A stretch of 64,000 nt of DNA from Gemmatimonadota bacterium (GTDB lineage: Bacteria; Gemmatimonadota; Gemmatimonadetes; Gemmatimonadales; GWC2-71-9). The stretch covers positions 114-64,113 of the forward strand of contig QHUT01000056.1 in NCBI GenBank assembly GCA_003222055.1, read 5' to 3'. This document shows, piece by piece, positions 26,437 through 35,415 of this stretch (within the stretch, counting starts at the first letter, position 1; the number at the start of each line of letters is the position of its first letter). The notes below the pieces were generated by a model. That model was given only the letters and a program-made list of their open reading frames with translations. It was not told where the DNA came from and made no database searches. Position numbers and translations under genes: made by a program.

Positions 26437-27407
26437 CAGATCTCTCCGGAGAGGTTCTCGTCCACCTGCGCCACGGTTTTCATGCCTACAATCACCACCG
26501 ACACGGCGTCGTTGTCCAGCACGAACCGCAGGGCGAGCTGCGCCGCGGTGACGCCCGCTTCGCCGGCGAGCTCCGCGACGCGCGCTCCCAGCGCGGCGAG
26601 CTGCGCCACGTAGGGGCGGGGCATTCGTGCCCGGATGTCGCCCTGTTCCCAGATGCTGTCCTGCCGGTACTTCCCGGCGAGGAAGCCGTTGGCGAGCGGC
26701 TCGCGCGCGATCACGCCCACGTTGGCGGCGCGCGCGGCGGGAAAGAAGCGGTCTTCCGCGGCGCGGCGGACGATGTTGTACACGATCTGCACCGTGTCCG
26801 GCCGCGTCACCTCCACCGCGGCGAGGCCTTCTTCCGGCGGGTGCACGGAGACGCCGTAGAAGCGGATTTTTCCCTCCGCCTTGAGGTCGTCGAGCACGCG
26901 ATAGGTCTCCGGGTCGGCGATGAGACCGAGTGCGGGGTTGTGGAGCTGCAGCAGGTCGATGTAATCCGTGCGCAGCCGGCGCAGCGACTGCTCCACCGCG
27001 AACCGGACGTAGGAGGGGGAGAAGCACGCGTCGTGCGTGACCGGGAGCGCGGCGTCGGGTCCGACCGCGGCGAGCGGCCGGCCCAGCGCCTCGGTGATCC
27101 GGGGAATGAGCAGCGGGTTCACGTCGCGGTTGTAGAAGTTGCCCCCGACCTTGGTCGCGACGACGACGTCGGGCCGGATGCCGTCGAGCGCGGCACCCAG
27201 CACCTCCTCCGAGTGCCCGTGCCCGTACACGTCCGCCGTGTCGAAGAAGTTGCACCCCAGCTCGTGCGCCCGTCGCACCGCGCGCCGCGACTCTGCGTCG
27301 TCGGTGGAACCGTACGAGTTGCCGAACCGATTGCCGCCGATGGCCCACGCGCCGAAGCCGATCGGGCTCACGGCCAGGCCGGTGCGGCCGAGCACCCGCC
27401 GCTTCAC
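26436..27407 (-). CDS. Aldo/keto reductase
   Basis: Lower part of track ORF 26436..27923. GTG 27407 ([21 protein letters not shown]) overlaps the upstream stop (GTGA). Also [15 protein letters not shown]. Confidence 0.9.
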   Translation of the reverse strand: MKRRVLGRTGLAVSPIGFGAWAIGGNRFGNSYGSTDDAESRRAVRRAHELGCNFFDTADVYGHGHSEEVLGAALDGIRPDVVVATKVGGNFYNRDVNPLLIPRITEALGRPLAAVGPDAALPVTHDACFSPSYVRFAVEQSLRRLRTDYIDLLQLHNPALGLIADPETYRVLDDLKAEGKIRFYGVSVHPPEEGLAAVEVTRPDTVQIVYNIVRRAAEDRFFPAARAANVGVIAREPLANGFLAGKYRQDSIWEQGDIRARMPRPYVAQLAALGARVAELAGEAGVTAAQLALRFVLDNDAVSVVIVGMKTVAQVDENLSGEI

Positions 27408-29407
27408 CCGAGCACGGTCCGGAGCGCGTCGGGCGTCGTCAGCGGCAGCGAGCACGTCGTGCCCACGCACACGGTCGCGGCGGGCCGCTCGGCGGTCTTC
27501 CGGACCACGAGCTTGCGCGGGCGGTAGCTCTGGAGTGCGAGCAGATGCATGGCGCACGCCGCCCCGTCGCCCCGCGGCCCGTGCACTTCGATCCGCGTGG
27601 CTGGATTGACCGCCCAATCGACCGCGCGGAGCAGGGTCGCCCCGTACAGCGCCAGCTGCGGCACGGCGCCCCCGAAGGTGGCGAGCTGGCGGTCGAGCAG
27701 GCGGCGCCATTCCATGTCGTCGGTGAGCACCCAGAGGCGTGCCAGCACAAGCGCGGCCACACCGTTCGCCGAGGGCGTCGGCGCGTCTTGCACCGGCTTG
27801 GCGGGCGTCGCGAGATAGGCGGAGCCGGTTCGGTCGCGCGCCACGTCGAAGAAGCCGCCCGTGGCGTCGTCCCAGTGCGCCCGGCGGCAATGCTGCATCA
27901 CCGAGGTCGCGCGCGTGAGCCACGCGTCGTCGCCGGTGGCTTCAAACGCATCGAGGAACGCCGCCGCAGCATGCACGTTGTCCTCGAGCAGGCCGCGCGG
28001 TTCCGGCCGGGTGATCACGTGCCCCATTCCCCGTCCCTCGTCCCACGCCTCGCTCCAGATGCGCCCGAGCACCTTGAGCGCGAGTGCGTTGCAACCCGTG
28101 TGGTCGAGGACGGCGCCGGCGTGCAGGAACGCGGAGGCCATCATCGCGTTCCAGTTCACGTAGGGGGTGGTGTCGACGAAGGGCGCCGTGCGGCGGTCGC
28201 GCGCGGCCTTGAGCTTCATGAGCGCATCCTTGAGCACCGGCCATTCGTCGTCGCCCGCGGGATCGGTCTTCCACCAGAGCACATTCTTGCGCGGGTTGTG
28301 GTGCATCTCCCCTTCCGTCTCGACGTCGTACACGCGACGTATCACGTGATACGCCTTGTCGTCTGTCAACGCGTCTCGCACTTCCTCGAGAGTCCACGTC
28401 CAATAGTCGCCGTCATCGCCGAATGCCACATCCGCGTCCTGCGACGTATGGAACGAACCCCGCTCGCCGTCCGACAAGACCTCGAGCACCCAGCGCACGA
28501 TCCCCTGCGCCACCTGCTTGAAGAGCGGGGCGCCGAGCGCCGCATAGCCATCGAGGTAGGCGTGCAGCAGCTCCGAGTTGTCGTACGCCATCTTCTCGAA
28601 ATGCGGCACGATCCAGCGCTCGTCCACCGCATACCGATGAAAGCCTCCCCCCACGTGATCGCGGATCCCGCCCTTCGCCATCCCCGTGAGTGTCTTCTCC
28701 ACCACTTCACGCAGCCAGTCCTCGCCAGTGTCGTGCCAGCGCGCCAGCAGAAACTGCGCGGCCGCGGGGTGGGGAAACTTGGGTGCGCTGCCGAAACCGC
28801 CGTAGCGGACGTCGAACAGCCGCGCCATCTCGGCAGCCGCCCGCTCCAGGGTCGCCGGGCTCACCTCGCCACCCTTTGTTTCATCGAGCGATTCGGCGAC
28901 GTGGCGGCGGATCGCCCGGGCGTTCTCGGCGACCTTGTCACGCTGCCGACGATAGATGTCCGCCACCTGCCGCAGCACCGATGGGAATCCCGGGCGCCCG
29001 TAGTGGTTCTCTTCCGGCGGGAAGTACGTTCCGCCGTAGAACACCTCGCCCTCGGGCGTCAGGAACGCGGTGAGCGGCCAGCCGCCCTGTCCCGTGAGGG
29101 CCTGGACGGCGCGCTGGTAGCGCGTGTCCACGTCGGGTCGCTCGTCGCGGTCTACCTTGATGCACACGAAGTCGGCATTGAGCAGCTCCGCCACCCGGGC
29201 GTCCTCGTACGACTCGCCGTCCATGACGTGGCACCAGTGGCACCACACGGCGCCGATGTCGAGCAGGATGGGCTTGTCTTCGCTGCGGGCGCGCGCGAAC
29301 GCCGCGTGGCCCCAGGGGTGCCAGTGCACCGGCTGGTGGGCGGCGGACTTCAGGTAGGCGGAGGGCTCGGAGGCGAGGAGGTTGGCCATCGAGAGAAATC
29401 TAGCCAC
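27404..29407 (-). CDS. Thioredoxin-domain protein, YyaL/DUF255 family
   Basis: 667 aa. [29 protein letters not shown], followed by a long alpha-helical (epimerase-like) body. Confidence 0.9.
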   Translation of the reverse strand: MARFLSMANLLASEPSAYLKSAAHQPVHWHPWGHAAFARARSEDKPILLDIGAVWCHWCHVMDGESYEDARVAELLNADFVCIKVDRDERPDVDTRYQRAVQALTGQGGWPLTAFLTPEGEVFYGGTYFPPEENHYGRPGFPSVLRQVADIYRRQRDKVAENARAIRRHVAESLDETKGGEVSPATLERAAAEMARLFDVRYGGFGSAPKFPHPAAAQFLLARWHDTGEDWLREVVEKTLTGMAKGGIRDHVGGGFHRYAVDERWIVPHFEKMAYDNSELLHAYLDGYAALGAPLFKQVAQGIVRWVLEVLSDGERGSFHTSQDADVAFGDDGDYWTWTLEEVRDALTDDKAYHVIRRVYDVETEGEMHHNPRKNVLWWKTDPAGDDEWPVLKDALMKLKAARDRRTAPFVDTTPYVNWNAMMASAFLHAGAVLDHTGCNALALKVLGRIWSEAWDEGRGMGHVITRPEPRGLLEDNVHAAAAFLDAFEATGDDAWLTRATSVMQHCRRAHWDDATGGFFDVARDRTGSAYLATPAKPVQDAPTPSANGVAALVLARLWVLTDDMEWRRLLDRQLATFGGAVPQLALYGATLLRAVDWAVNPATRIEVHGPRGDGAACAMHLLALQSYRPRKLVVRKTAERPAATVCVGTTCSLPLTTPDALRTVLG

Positions 29408-29417
29408 TGAGCCCGGT

Positions 29418-29470
29418 AATCCCCGGGCTGGCGCCCGGGGTCAGTAGGGCTTGCGCCCGGGGTCAGTGAC
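29418..29470. repeat. Two GC-rich palindromic (REP-like) units, same family as 6808..6881
   Basis: TAATCCCCGGGCTGGCGCCCGGGGTCAGT has a perfect 8-bp stem at 29421..29428 / 29433..29440. It is followed by the truncated unit AGGGCTTGCGCCCGGGGTCAGTGAC, which overlaps the stop codon of the M20 gene (29463..29465). Confidence 0.8.
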
Positions 29471-30620
29471 CTTGTTCCAAATACCTCACCACCGTCCGTG
29501 TCACCAGCTCCGCCCCGACCACCAGGCTGTCCTCGTCGATGTCGAAGGTAGGACTGTGATGGGGCGCGCCCTTCTTGTCGGGCGGGGCGGAGCCCACGAA
29601 GGCGAACGCGCCGGGGACGCTTGCGAGAAAGTACGACATGTCCTCTCCCCCCATGGTCCGGACCCCATCGATCACACGGTCTCGCGCGACGATTTCCTGT
29701 GCTACGCCTTTCATCAACGCCGCCATGCGCGCGTCGTTCACCAGGGGCTTGGAGAGCCGCCGGTAGCGCACCTGCGCGCTCGCGCCGAACGCGCCCGCGA
29801 TGCCGTGCGCGGTCGCTTCGACCAGCTGGGGCGCCTCGTCGTAGAATCTGCCGCCGAACGTGCGCACCGTGCCGCGCAGCTCGGCCCGCTCGGGAATCAC
29901 GTTGAAGGCGTGGCCGGCGTTGATCTGCGTGACGGACACCACCCCCTCCTCGAACGGGTTGCGGCGCCGCGACACGAGGCTCTGCAGCGCGGTCACCAGG
30001 TGCGCCGCGATCAGCACCGGGTCGATCGCCTGCTGCGGGGCGGCGGCGTGGCCGCCCCGTCCCACGATCGTGATCTCGAACTGGTCCACCGAGGCCATCA
30101 CCGGGCCCGGCATCACCGAGATGGTGCCCGCGGGAAGATCGTTCCACAGGTGGATGCCGAATGCCGCGTCCACCTTGGGCGCGTCGAGCACGCCGTCCCG
30201 GATCATCGCCTCCGCCCCGTCCGAGACCTCCTCAGCGGGCTGGAACGCGAATTTCACGCGCCCCGGCAGGTACGCCGCGTGCAGCCGGCGCGCGACCTCG
30301 AGCCCGATCGCGACATGCCCGTCGTGGCCACAGGCGTGCATCTTGCCCGGATGCTTCGAGCGGTACGGCACGTCGTTCGCTTCCTCGACCGGGAGTGCGT
30401 CCATGTCGGCCCGGACCAGAACGCACGATCCCGTCGCGCCGTCGCGCATCCCGACCACGCCCGTCTTGCCCACGCCGGTCCTGACGCTGTACCCCAGGGC
30501 CTTGAGCCGCTCGGCCACGAGGGTGCCGGTGCGCCGCTCCTCGAAGCCGAGCTCGGGGTGCTGGTGGAGGTCGCGGCGGGTGGCCACGAGTTGGGCGCGG
30601 TCGACGGGGGGCAGATTCAT
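29463..30620 (-). CDS. M20-family amidohydrolase (N-acyl-amino acid / hippurate hydrolase-like)
   Basis: Track ORF 29463..30650. ATG 30620 (MNLPPVD) is preferred. HQHPELGFEE, ADMDALP, HACGHDGH. Confidence 0.9.
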   Translation of the reverse strand: MNLPPVDRAQLVATRRDLHQHPELGFEERRTGTLVAERLKALGYSVRTGVGKTGVVGMRDGATGSCVLVRADMDALPVEEANDVPYRSKHPGKMHACGHDGHVAIGLEVARRLHAAYLPGRVKFAFQPAEEVSDGAEAMIRDGVLDAPKVDAAFGIHLWNDLPAGTISVMPGPVMASVDQFEITIVGRGGHAAAPQQAIDPVLIAAHLVTALQSLVSRRRNPFEEGVVSVTQINAGHAFNVIPERAELRGTVRTFGGRFYDEAPQLVEATAHGIAGAFGASAQVRYRRLSKPLVNDARMAALMKGVAQEIVARDRVIDGVRTMGGEDMSYFLASVPGAFAFVGSAPPDKKGAPHHSPTFDIDEDSLVVGAELVTRTVVRYLEQGH

Positions 30621-30711
30621 CGTTGCAGGTCGCACGACGCCACGTTCCACGAGTGACGAAAACGGGCCCCGTAATCGCGTGCAACGTGGCGTCGTGGCGT
30701 CGTGGAACCGC

Positions 30712-31398
30712 TCATACGCGCGAGCTCGGACACCACCGGTTCACCGCGCAGATCTCGCACCTCGGCCGGCGCGCGATGCACACCCGCCGCCCATGGAGGA
30801 TCAGCGTGTGGGAGAACCAGGTCCACTTGTCGCGTGGCACGAGCGCCATCAAATCCCGCTCGATTTTCACGGGATCCTTCTCCCGCGTGAGGCCGAGCAG
30901 CGTGGACAGGCGCTGCACGTGCGTGTCCACGACGATGCCTTCGTTCTTCCGGAACCAGGTGCCCAGGACCACGTTCGCGGTCTTGCGGCCGACGCCCGGG
31001 AGCTGGACCAGGGCGTCCATGGTGTCGGGCACCTCGCCCCCGTGCCGCTCGAGCAGTGTCTGCGCCATGCCGACGATGGACCTGGTCTTGTTGCGGAAGA
31101 ACCCGGTGCTGTGGATCTCCTGCTCGAGCACCGCCGGGTCGGCGCTCGCGAAGTCCCGCGCCGAGCGGTACTTCGCGAACAGGGCGGGGGTGACCATGTT
31201 GACGCGGGCGTCGGTCGATTGGGCCGACAGGATGGTCGCGACGAGCAGCTCGAGCGCGCTCTCGTGGCGCAGCGCGCACGTGGCGCCGGGGTACGCCTGC
31301 TCCAGGCGGGCGACGATCCTGCGGACGCGCAGGCGCCGGGCGGCGAGCGTCTCGCGTCCTACGCGGCGGCGCGGCCTGGCTCTCGTCCTGGCGGGCAT
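30712..31398 (-). CDS. nth: Endonuclease III
   Basis: 228 aa. HhH-GPD element LVQLPGVGRKTANVVL and a C-terminal Fe-S cluster motif CIARRPRCEICAVNRWC. Confidence 0.93.
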   Translation of the reverse strand: MPARTRARPRRRVGRETLAARRLRVRRIVARLEQAYPGATCALRHESALELLVATILSAQSTDARVNMVTPALFAKYRSARDFASADPAVLEQEIHSTGFFRNKTRSIVGMAQTLLERHGGEVPDTMDALVQLPGVGRKTANVVLGTWFRKNEGIVVDTHVQRLSTLLGLTREKDPVKIERDLMALVPRDKWTWFSHTLILHGRRVCIARRPRCEICAVNRWCPSSRV

Positions 31399-31468
31399 GA
31401 TGGTGCCCGGAACGTACAGAATGCCATCCCATGACGGAAGCGTGGCATCCGGCTTGCGTCGCCCGGGT

Positions 31469-32311
31469 TCAGGCGCGAGGGAGGAAGGGGTCGAGCACGC
31501 GCACGAAATCCTCCGTCGCCTCGACGTGCGGGGCGTGCCCCGTGGCGAGCTCGATCACGCCGGTGGAGAGGAGCGCCGCCGTCTCACGGGCCGATTCCAG
31601 GGGCATGGGGTCGTAAATGCCGTGCACCAGCAGGGAACGGGGAGCGGTGCCGTCGGGGAAGGTCTGCTTGAGCCGCGCGCGGAAATCGTAGGCTCCGAGG
31701 CTCTGCCACACCGCCTCCTGCGTACGGGCGGTGACGCGAAACGGGGTCATCTCGCGCGCGTGTCGCGGGTCGTGGAAGTAGCCCGCGACCGATAGCGCGA
31801 AGGCCAGTCGGCGGTACTTTTCGGGATCGGTGCGCGACAGGCCGGCGGTGGTGAGCTCGGCCCGGGCGCGGGCGACCCACGGCTGGGCCATGCGGGCCGC
31901 GAGGCGGCGCTCGAACTCGTCGCGCCACGCCGCCGTGAGGGACGCGGACGAGACGAGGGCGAGCCGGTCGATCCGGGCGGGATGCTCGAGGGCGTAGAGC
32001 ATCGCCAGCAGACCGCCCCACGAGTAGCCGAGCAGCGTGACGCGGTCGAGGCCCCAGCGATCGCGCAGGGCCTCGAGGTCGGCCACGTGCTCGCGCCACC
32101 CGACGGGCGTGTCGCGCGGGACCGGTGACCGGCCACCGCCGCGCTGGTCGTAATAGAGGAGAGTGCGGCCGAGCGCGAGCCGGTCGTACTGGGGAAGCAG
32201 GTAGTCGTGGTGGGCGCCGGGACCGCCGTGCAGCACCACGACGGGCGGGCCGTGTCCGACGCGTCGCGTGTAGATGCGGACGCCGTTCAGGTCGACCGTC
32301 GTTTGGTCCAT
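31469..32311 (-). CDS. Alpha/beta hydrolase (proline iminopeptidase-like)
   Basis: 280 aa. VVVLHGGPG and the nucleophile elbow GYSWGG. Confidence 0.85.
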   Translation of the reverse strand: MDQTTVDLNGVRIYTRRVGHGPPVVVLHGGPGAHHDYLLPQYDRLALGRTLLYYDQRGGGRSPVPRDTPVGWREHVADLEALRDRWGLDRVTLLGYSWGGLLAMLYALEHPARIDRLALVSSASLTAAWRDEFERRLAARMAQPWVARARAELTTAGLSRTDPEKYRRLAFALSVAGYFHDPRHAREMTPFRVTARTQEAVWQSLGAYDFRARLKQTFPDGTAPRSLLVHGIYDPMPLESARETAALLSTGVIELATGHAPHVEATEDFVRVLDPFLPRA

Positions 32312-32341
32312 CGCGTCTCAAATTACACCGTTCGGGTGGCC

Positions 32342-34108
32342 ATGAAGCTGCTGCGTTTTCCACCCGCCCTGACGCCGCCCGGCTTGCGGCGGCTCGGGCT
32401 CGCCGACATCGCGGTCCTCTGCCTGTTGGGCGGCGCGATCGCGACGGTGGTGGCGTTCGCTCGCGAATTCGAGGCGCCGTTGTCGCAGGCCGTCGCGATC
32501 GACCTGCGCTATGCCGCGCTCCCCCGCTACACCCTCTACTCGCTGTCGCGGGGCGTGCTCGCCCTCCTGATCTCGTATCTCTTCGCCCTGAGCTTCGGCT
32601 GGGCCGCCGCCAAGTCGCGCGCAGCGGAGCGGCTGCTCCTGCCGCTGCTCGACATTCTCCAGAGCATCCCGGTGCTCGGCTTCCTGCCCGGGCTGGTCCT
32701 CGGGTTGATGTCGCTTTTTCCCACGCGCAACGTCGGTCTCGAGCTCGCCGCGATTCTGATGATCTTCACGGCCCAGGCGTGGAACCTGGCGCTGTCGTTT
32801 TACAATTCGCTCAAAGGCCTGCCCGCGCCGCTGCGCGACGCGTGCAAGGTCGCGGGCTGGAAGGCGTCGCGCACGTTCTGGCAGCTCGAGGTGCCCGCGG
32901 CGGCGCAGGGGCTGGTCTGGAACGGGATGCTGTCCATGGCGGGGGGCTGGTTTTTCCTGATGGTGAACGAGGCGTTCCGCCTGGGGGACCACGACTACCG
33001 CCTGCCGGGCATCGGCTCGTACATGAGCGTGGCGCTCGATCAGGGCAACGCTCCCGCCATGGCGCTCGCGATCCTCGCGATGGTCTTGATGATCGTGTGC
33101 TTGGACCAGCTGCTGTGGCGGCCGCTGGTGGTGTGGGTCGAGAAGTTCCGTCTGGACGATACGACGGGCGGCGGCCCCGCGCCGGGCTCGTGGGTGCTCG
33201 AGTTCCTGCGGCGCGCGCGACTGCCGCGGCGCGCGGCGCTGCTGCAGCGCCGCGCCTACCGCAGCGCGCGCCGGGCGGCGCGGCCGCTGGAGCGGCCGTT
33301 CCGCGCCGTGGGTCCGGTGATCTGGCGCGCGCCGCGCTTCGCCCTCGACCATCCCGTGGCACGCCGCCTCGGCGCCGGGTTGCTGATGGCCGCGGTCGGC
33401 GCGGTCGCGCTGCTCGGCGCCAAGAGTCTGTGGCTCCTGCTCGCACAGTTGGGGGCGCGGGAATGGGGCGCGCTCGTTTCGTCCGCCGCGCTCACGTTCG
33501 CCCGCGTCATGGGCGCCGTGGTGGTGTCGACGGCATGGGCGGTTCCGGCCGGCGTGTGGATCGGTCGCTCGCCGCGGCTCGCCCGCGCGCTGCAGCCGGT
33601 GATCCAGGTGGTCGCGTCCTTCCCCGCCCCCATGCTGTTTCCGCTCGTGATCCTGTTGTTCGAGCGGATCGGAGTGGGGCTCGGACTCGGCGCCGTGGCG
33701 CTGATGGTGCTGGCCGGCCAGTGGTACATCTTGTTCAACGTGATCTCCGCGGTGGCCGCGATCCCCGAACAGTTGAAGGACGCGGCCACCGTGTTCCGGC
33801 TGCCGCGACTCGCCCGTTGGCGCGCGCTCTATCTGCCGGCGGCCTTCCCGGCGCTCGTGACGGGCTGGGTGACGGCGGCGGGAGGCGCGTGGAACGGGTC
33901 GATCGTCGCCGAGTACATCGAGGCCGGGGGTACGCTGCGCACGACGAAGGGCCTGGGGAGCCTCATCAGCGAGGCCACCGCGCACGCCAACTTCCCGCTC
34001 CTGGCCGGGGGGATCGCGCTGATGAGCCTGATCGTGGTAGGGTGGAATCGCCTCGTGTGGCGGTCGCTGATGCAATGGGCGCAAACCCGCTTCTCGCTCG
34101 CCGCATGA
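32342..34108 (+). CDS. ABC transporter permease, double-length (two fused permease modules), nitrate/sulfonate/taurine-type
   Basis: Track ORF 32207..34108. ATG 32342 (MKLLRFPP). Two similar halves, each with about 6 TM helices. The stop overlaps the ATPase start (ATGA). Confidence 0.88.
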   Translation: MKLLRFPPALTPPGLRRLGLADIAVLCLLGGAIATVVAFAREFEAPLSQAVAIDLRYAALPRYTLYSLSRGVLALLISYLFALSFGWAAAKSRAAERLLLPLLDILQSIPVLGFLPGLVLGLMSLFPTRNVGLELAAILMIFTAQAWNLALSFYNSLKGLPAPLRDACKVAGWKASRTFWQLEVPAAAQGLVWNGMLSMAGGWFFLMVNEAFRLGDHDYRLPGIGSYMSVALDQGNAPAMALAILAMVLMIVCLDQLLWRPLVVWVEKFRLDDTTGGGPAPGSWVLEFLRRARLPRRAALLQRRAYRSARRAARPLERPFRAVGPVIWRAPRFALDHPVARRLGAGLLMAAVGAVALLGAKSLWLLLAQLGAREWGALVSSAALTFARVMGAVVVSTAWAVPAGVWIGRSPRLARALQPVIQVVASFPAPMLFPLVILLFERIGVGLGLGAVALMVLAGQWYILFNVISAVAAIPEQLKDAATVFRLPRLARWRALYLPAAFPALVTGWVTAAGGAWNGSIVAEYIEAGGTLRTTKGLGSLISEATAHANFPLLAGGIALMSLIVVGWNRLVWRSLMQWAQTRFSLAA

Positions 34109-35415
34109 CCTCAGGAACGCTGCTGCTCGAGGCGCGGCAAGTGACCCAGCGGTTCCGGCTGCCGAACGGTCAGGTGCTCGAGGCGCTGCGCGATGTCTCC
34201 CTCAGCGTGCGCGAGCACGAGGTGGTGGCGCTGGTCGGCCCGTCGGGGTGCGGCAAGAGCACGCTGCTGCGGCTGTTCGCCGGCCTGGCGCGCCCCGGGG
34301 ACGGTGCGGTGCTGTACCGCGGGCATCCGCTCGACGGGGTGCTCGCCGCGGCGGCGATGGTGTTCCAGTCGTTCGCGCTCCTCCCCTGGCTGACCGTGGC
34401 CGAAAACGTGGCGATGGGGCTCGAAGCGCGGGGGGTCGATGGCCCCGCCCGGCGCGACGCCGTGGCCCGCGCCATCAACCTGGTGGGGCTCGACGGCTTC
34501 GAGCAGGCGTACCCCAAGGAGCTGTCGGGAGGGATGAAGCAGCGCGTCGGATTCGCGCGCGCCCTCGCCGTGGCCCCCGAGATCCTGCTGATGGACGAAC
34601 CATTCGGCGCGCTCGATCCGCTCACCGCCGAAAACCTGCGCAGCCAGGTCGTGGACCTGTGGCGCGACCCGGCGACCGGCGTGAACACGCTCGTCGTCGT
34701 CACGCACAGCGTGGAGGAAGCCGTGTTCCTGGCGGGCCGCATCGTCGTCTTCGGCTCCAACCCCGGGCACGTGCGCGAGGAGCTCGAAAACGCGCTGCCG
34801 TACCCCAGGCAGGAGCGGAGTCCCGAGTTCGAGGACATGGTGGACCGGCTGCACGCGATCCTCACGGCGACCCTGCTCCCGGAGCCCGCGCCGACCACGC
34901 CGCAGCGCCTCGTGCCCTTCCCGCGCGTCCACGTCTCGGAAGTCACCGGTCTCCTGGACCACCTGCTGACGCGACCCGGCGGCAAGGGGCCGGTGTTCGA
35001 GCTCGCAGAGGACCTGGGGGTGGACTACGACCGCATGTCGGCCGTGGTGCGAGCGGCGGAGCAGCTCGGCTGGGTCACCACGCCGGGCGAGGTGGTGCAG
35101 CTCATGCCGGCGGGGCGCGAAGTGATGGCGATGGACGACGCCGCCCGCAAGGACGCGACCCGAGCGCGGCTGGCCAAGCAGCCGCTGTTCGCGCGGCTCG
35201 TCGCGATGCTCAAAGAAAGCGAAGGGGCAGTGGAGGACGAGGAGGTCCTCGCCGATCTCACCATCTACTTCCCCTTCATTCCGGTGGAGTCGCTGTTCGG
35301 CACGATCGTCGAGTGGGGCCGGTACGCGGAGCTGCTCGATCACGACGCCGACGCCGGACGGTTGAGCCTCCTCGGGCTGCCCGAGGGGACCGCGGAAAGC
35401 CGCGGTGAGCCGTAA
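34105..35415 (+). CDS. ABC transporter ATP-binding protein with C-terminal AAA-associated domain
   Basis: Lower part of track ORF 32125..35415. ATG 34105 (MTSGTLLLEARQ). GPSGCGKST, LSGGMKQRVGFARAL, LLMDEPFGALD. An extra ~170-aa C-terminal domain follows (VSEVTGLLDHL ... LFGTIVEWGRYAELL). Confidence 0.9.
   Translation: MTSGTLLLEARQVTQRFRLPNGQVLEALRDVSLSVREHEVVALVGPSGCGKSTLLRLFAGLARPGDGAVLYRGHPLDGVLAAAAMVFQSFALLPWLTVAENVAMGLEARGVDGPARRDAVARAINLVGLDGFEQAYPKELSGGMKQRVGFARALAVAPEILLMDEPFGALDPLTAENLRSQVVDLWRDPATGVNTLVVVTHSVEEAVFLAGRIVVFGSNPGHVREELENALPYPRQERSPEFEDMVDRLHAILTATLLPEPAPTTPQRLVPFPRVHVSEVTGLLDHLLTRPGGKGPVFELAEDLGVDYDRMSAVVRAAEQLGWVTTPGEVVQLMPAGREVMAMDDAARKDATRARLAKQPLFARLVAMLKESEGAVEDEEVLADLTIYFPFIPVESLFGTIVEWGRYAELLDHDADAGRLSLLGLPEGTAESRGEP

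Noticed and set aside
32125-35415. A 1096-aa ORF implying a fused permease-ATPase, and the antisense ORFs 32318..34084 and 34111..36237.
   Set aside because: The first 660 aa are an out-of-frame shadow of the permease gene. The ATPase begins at ATG 34105, overlapping the permease stop. The antisense ORFs lack motifs.
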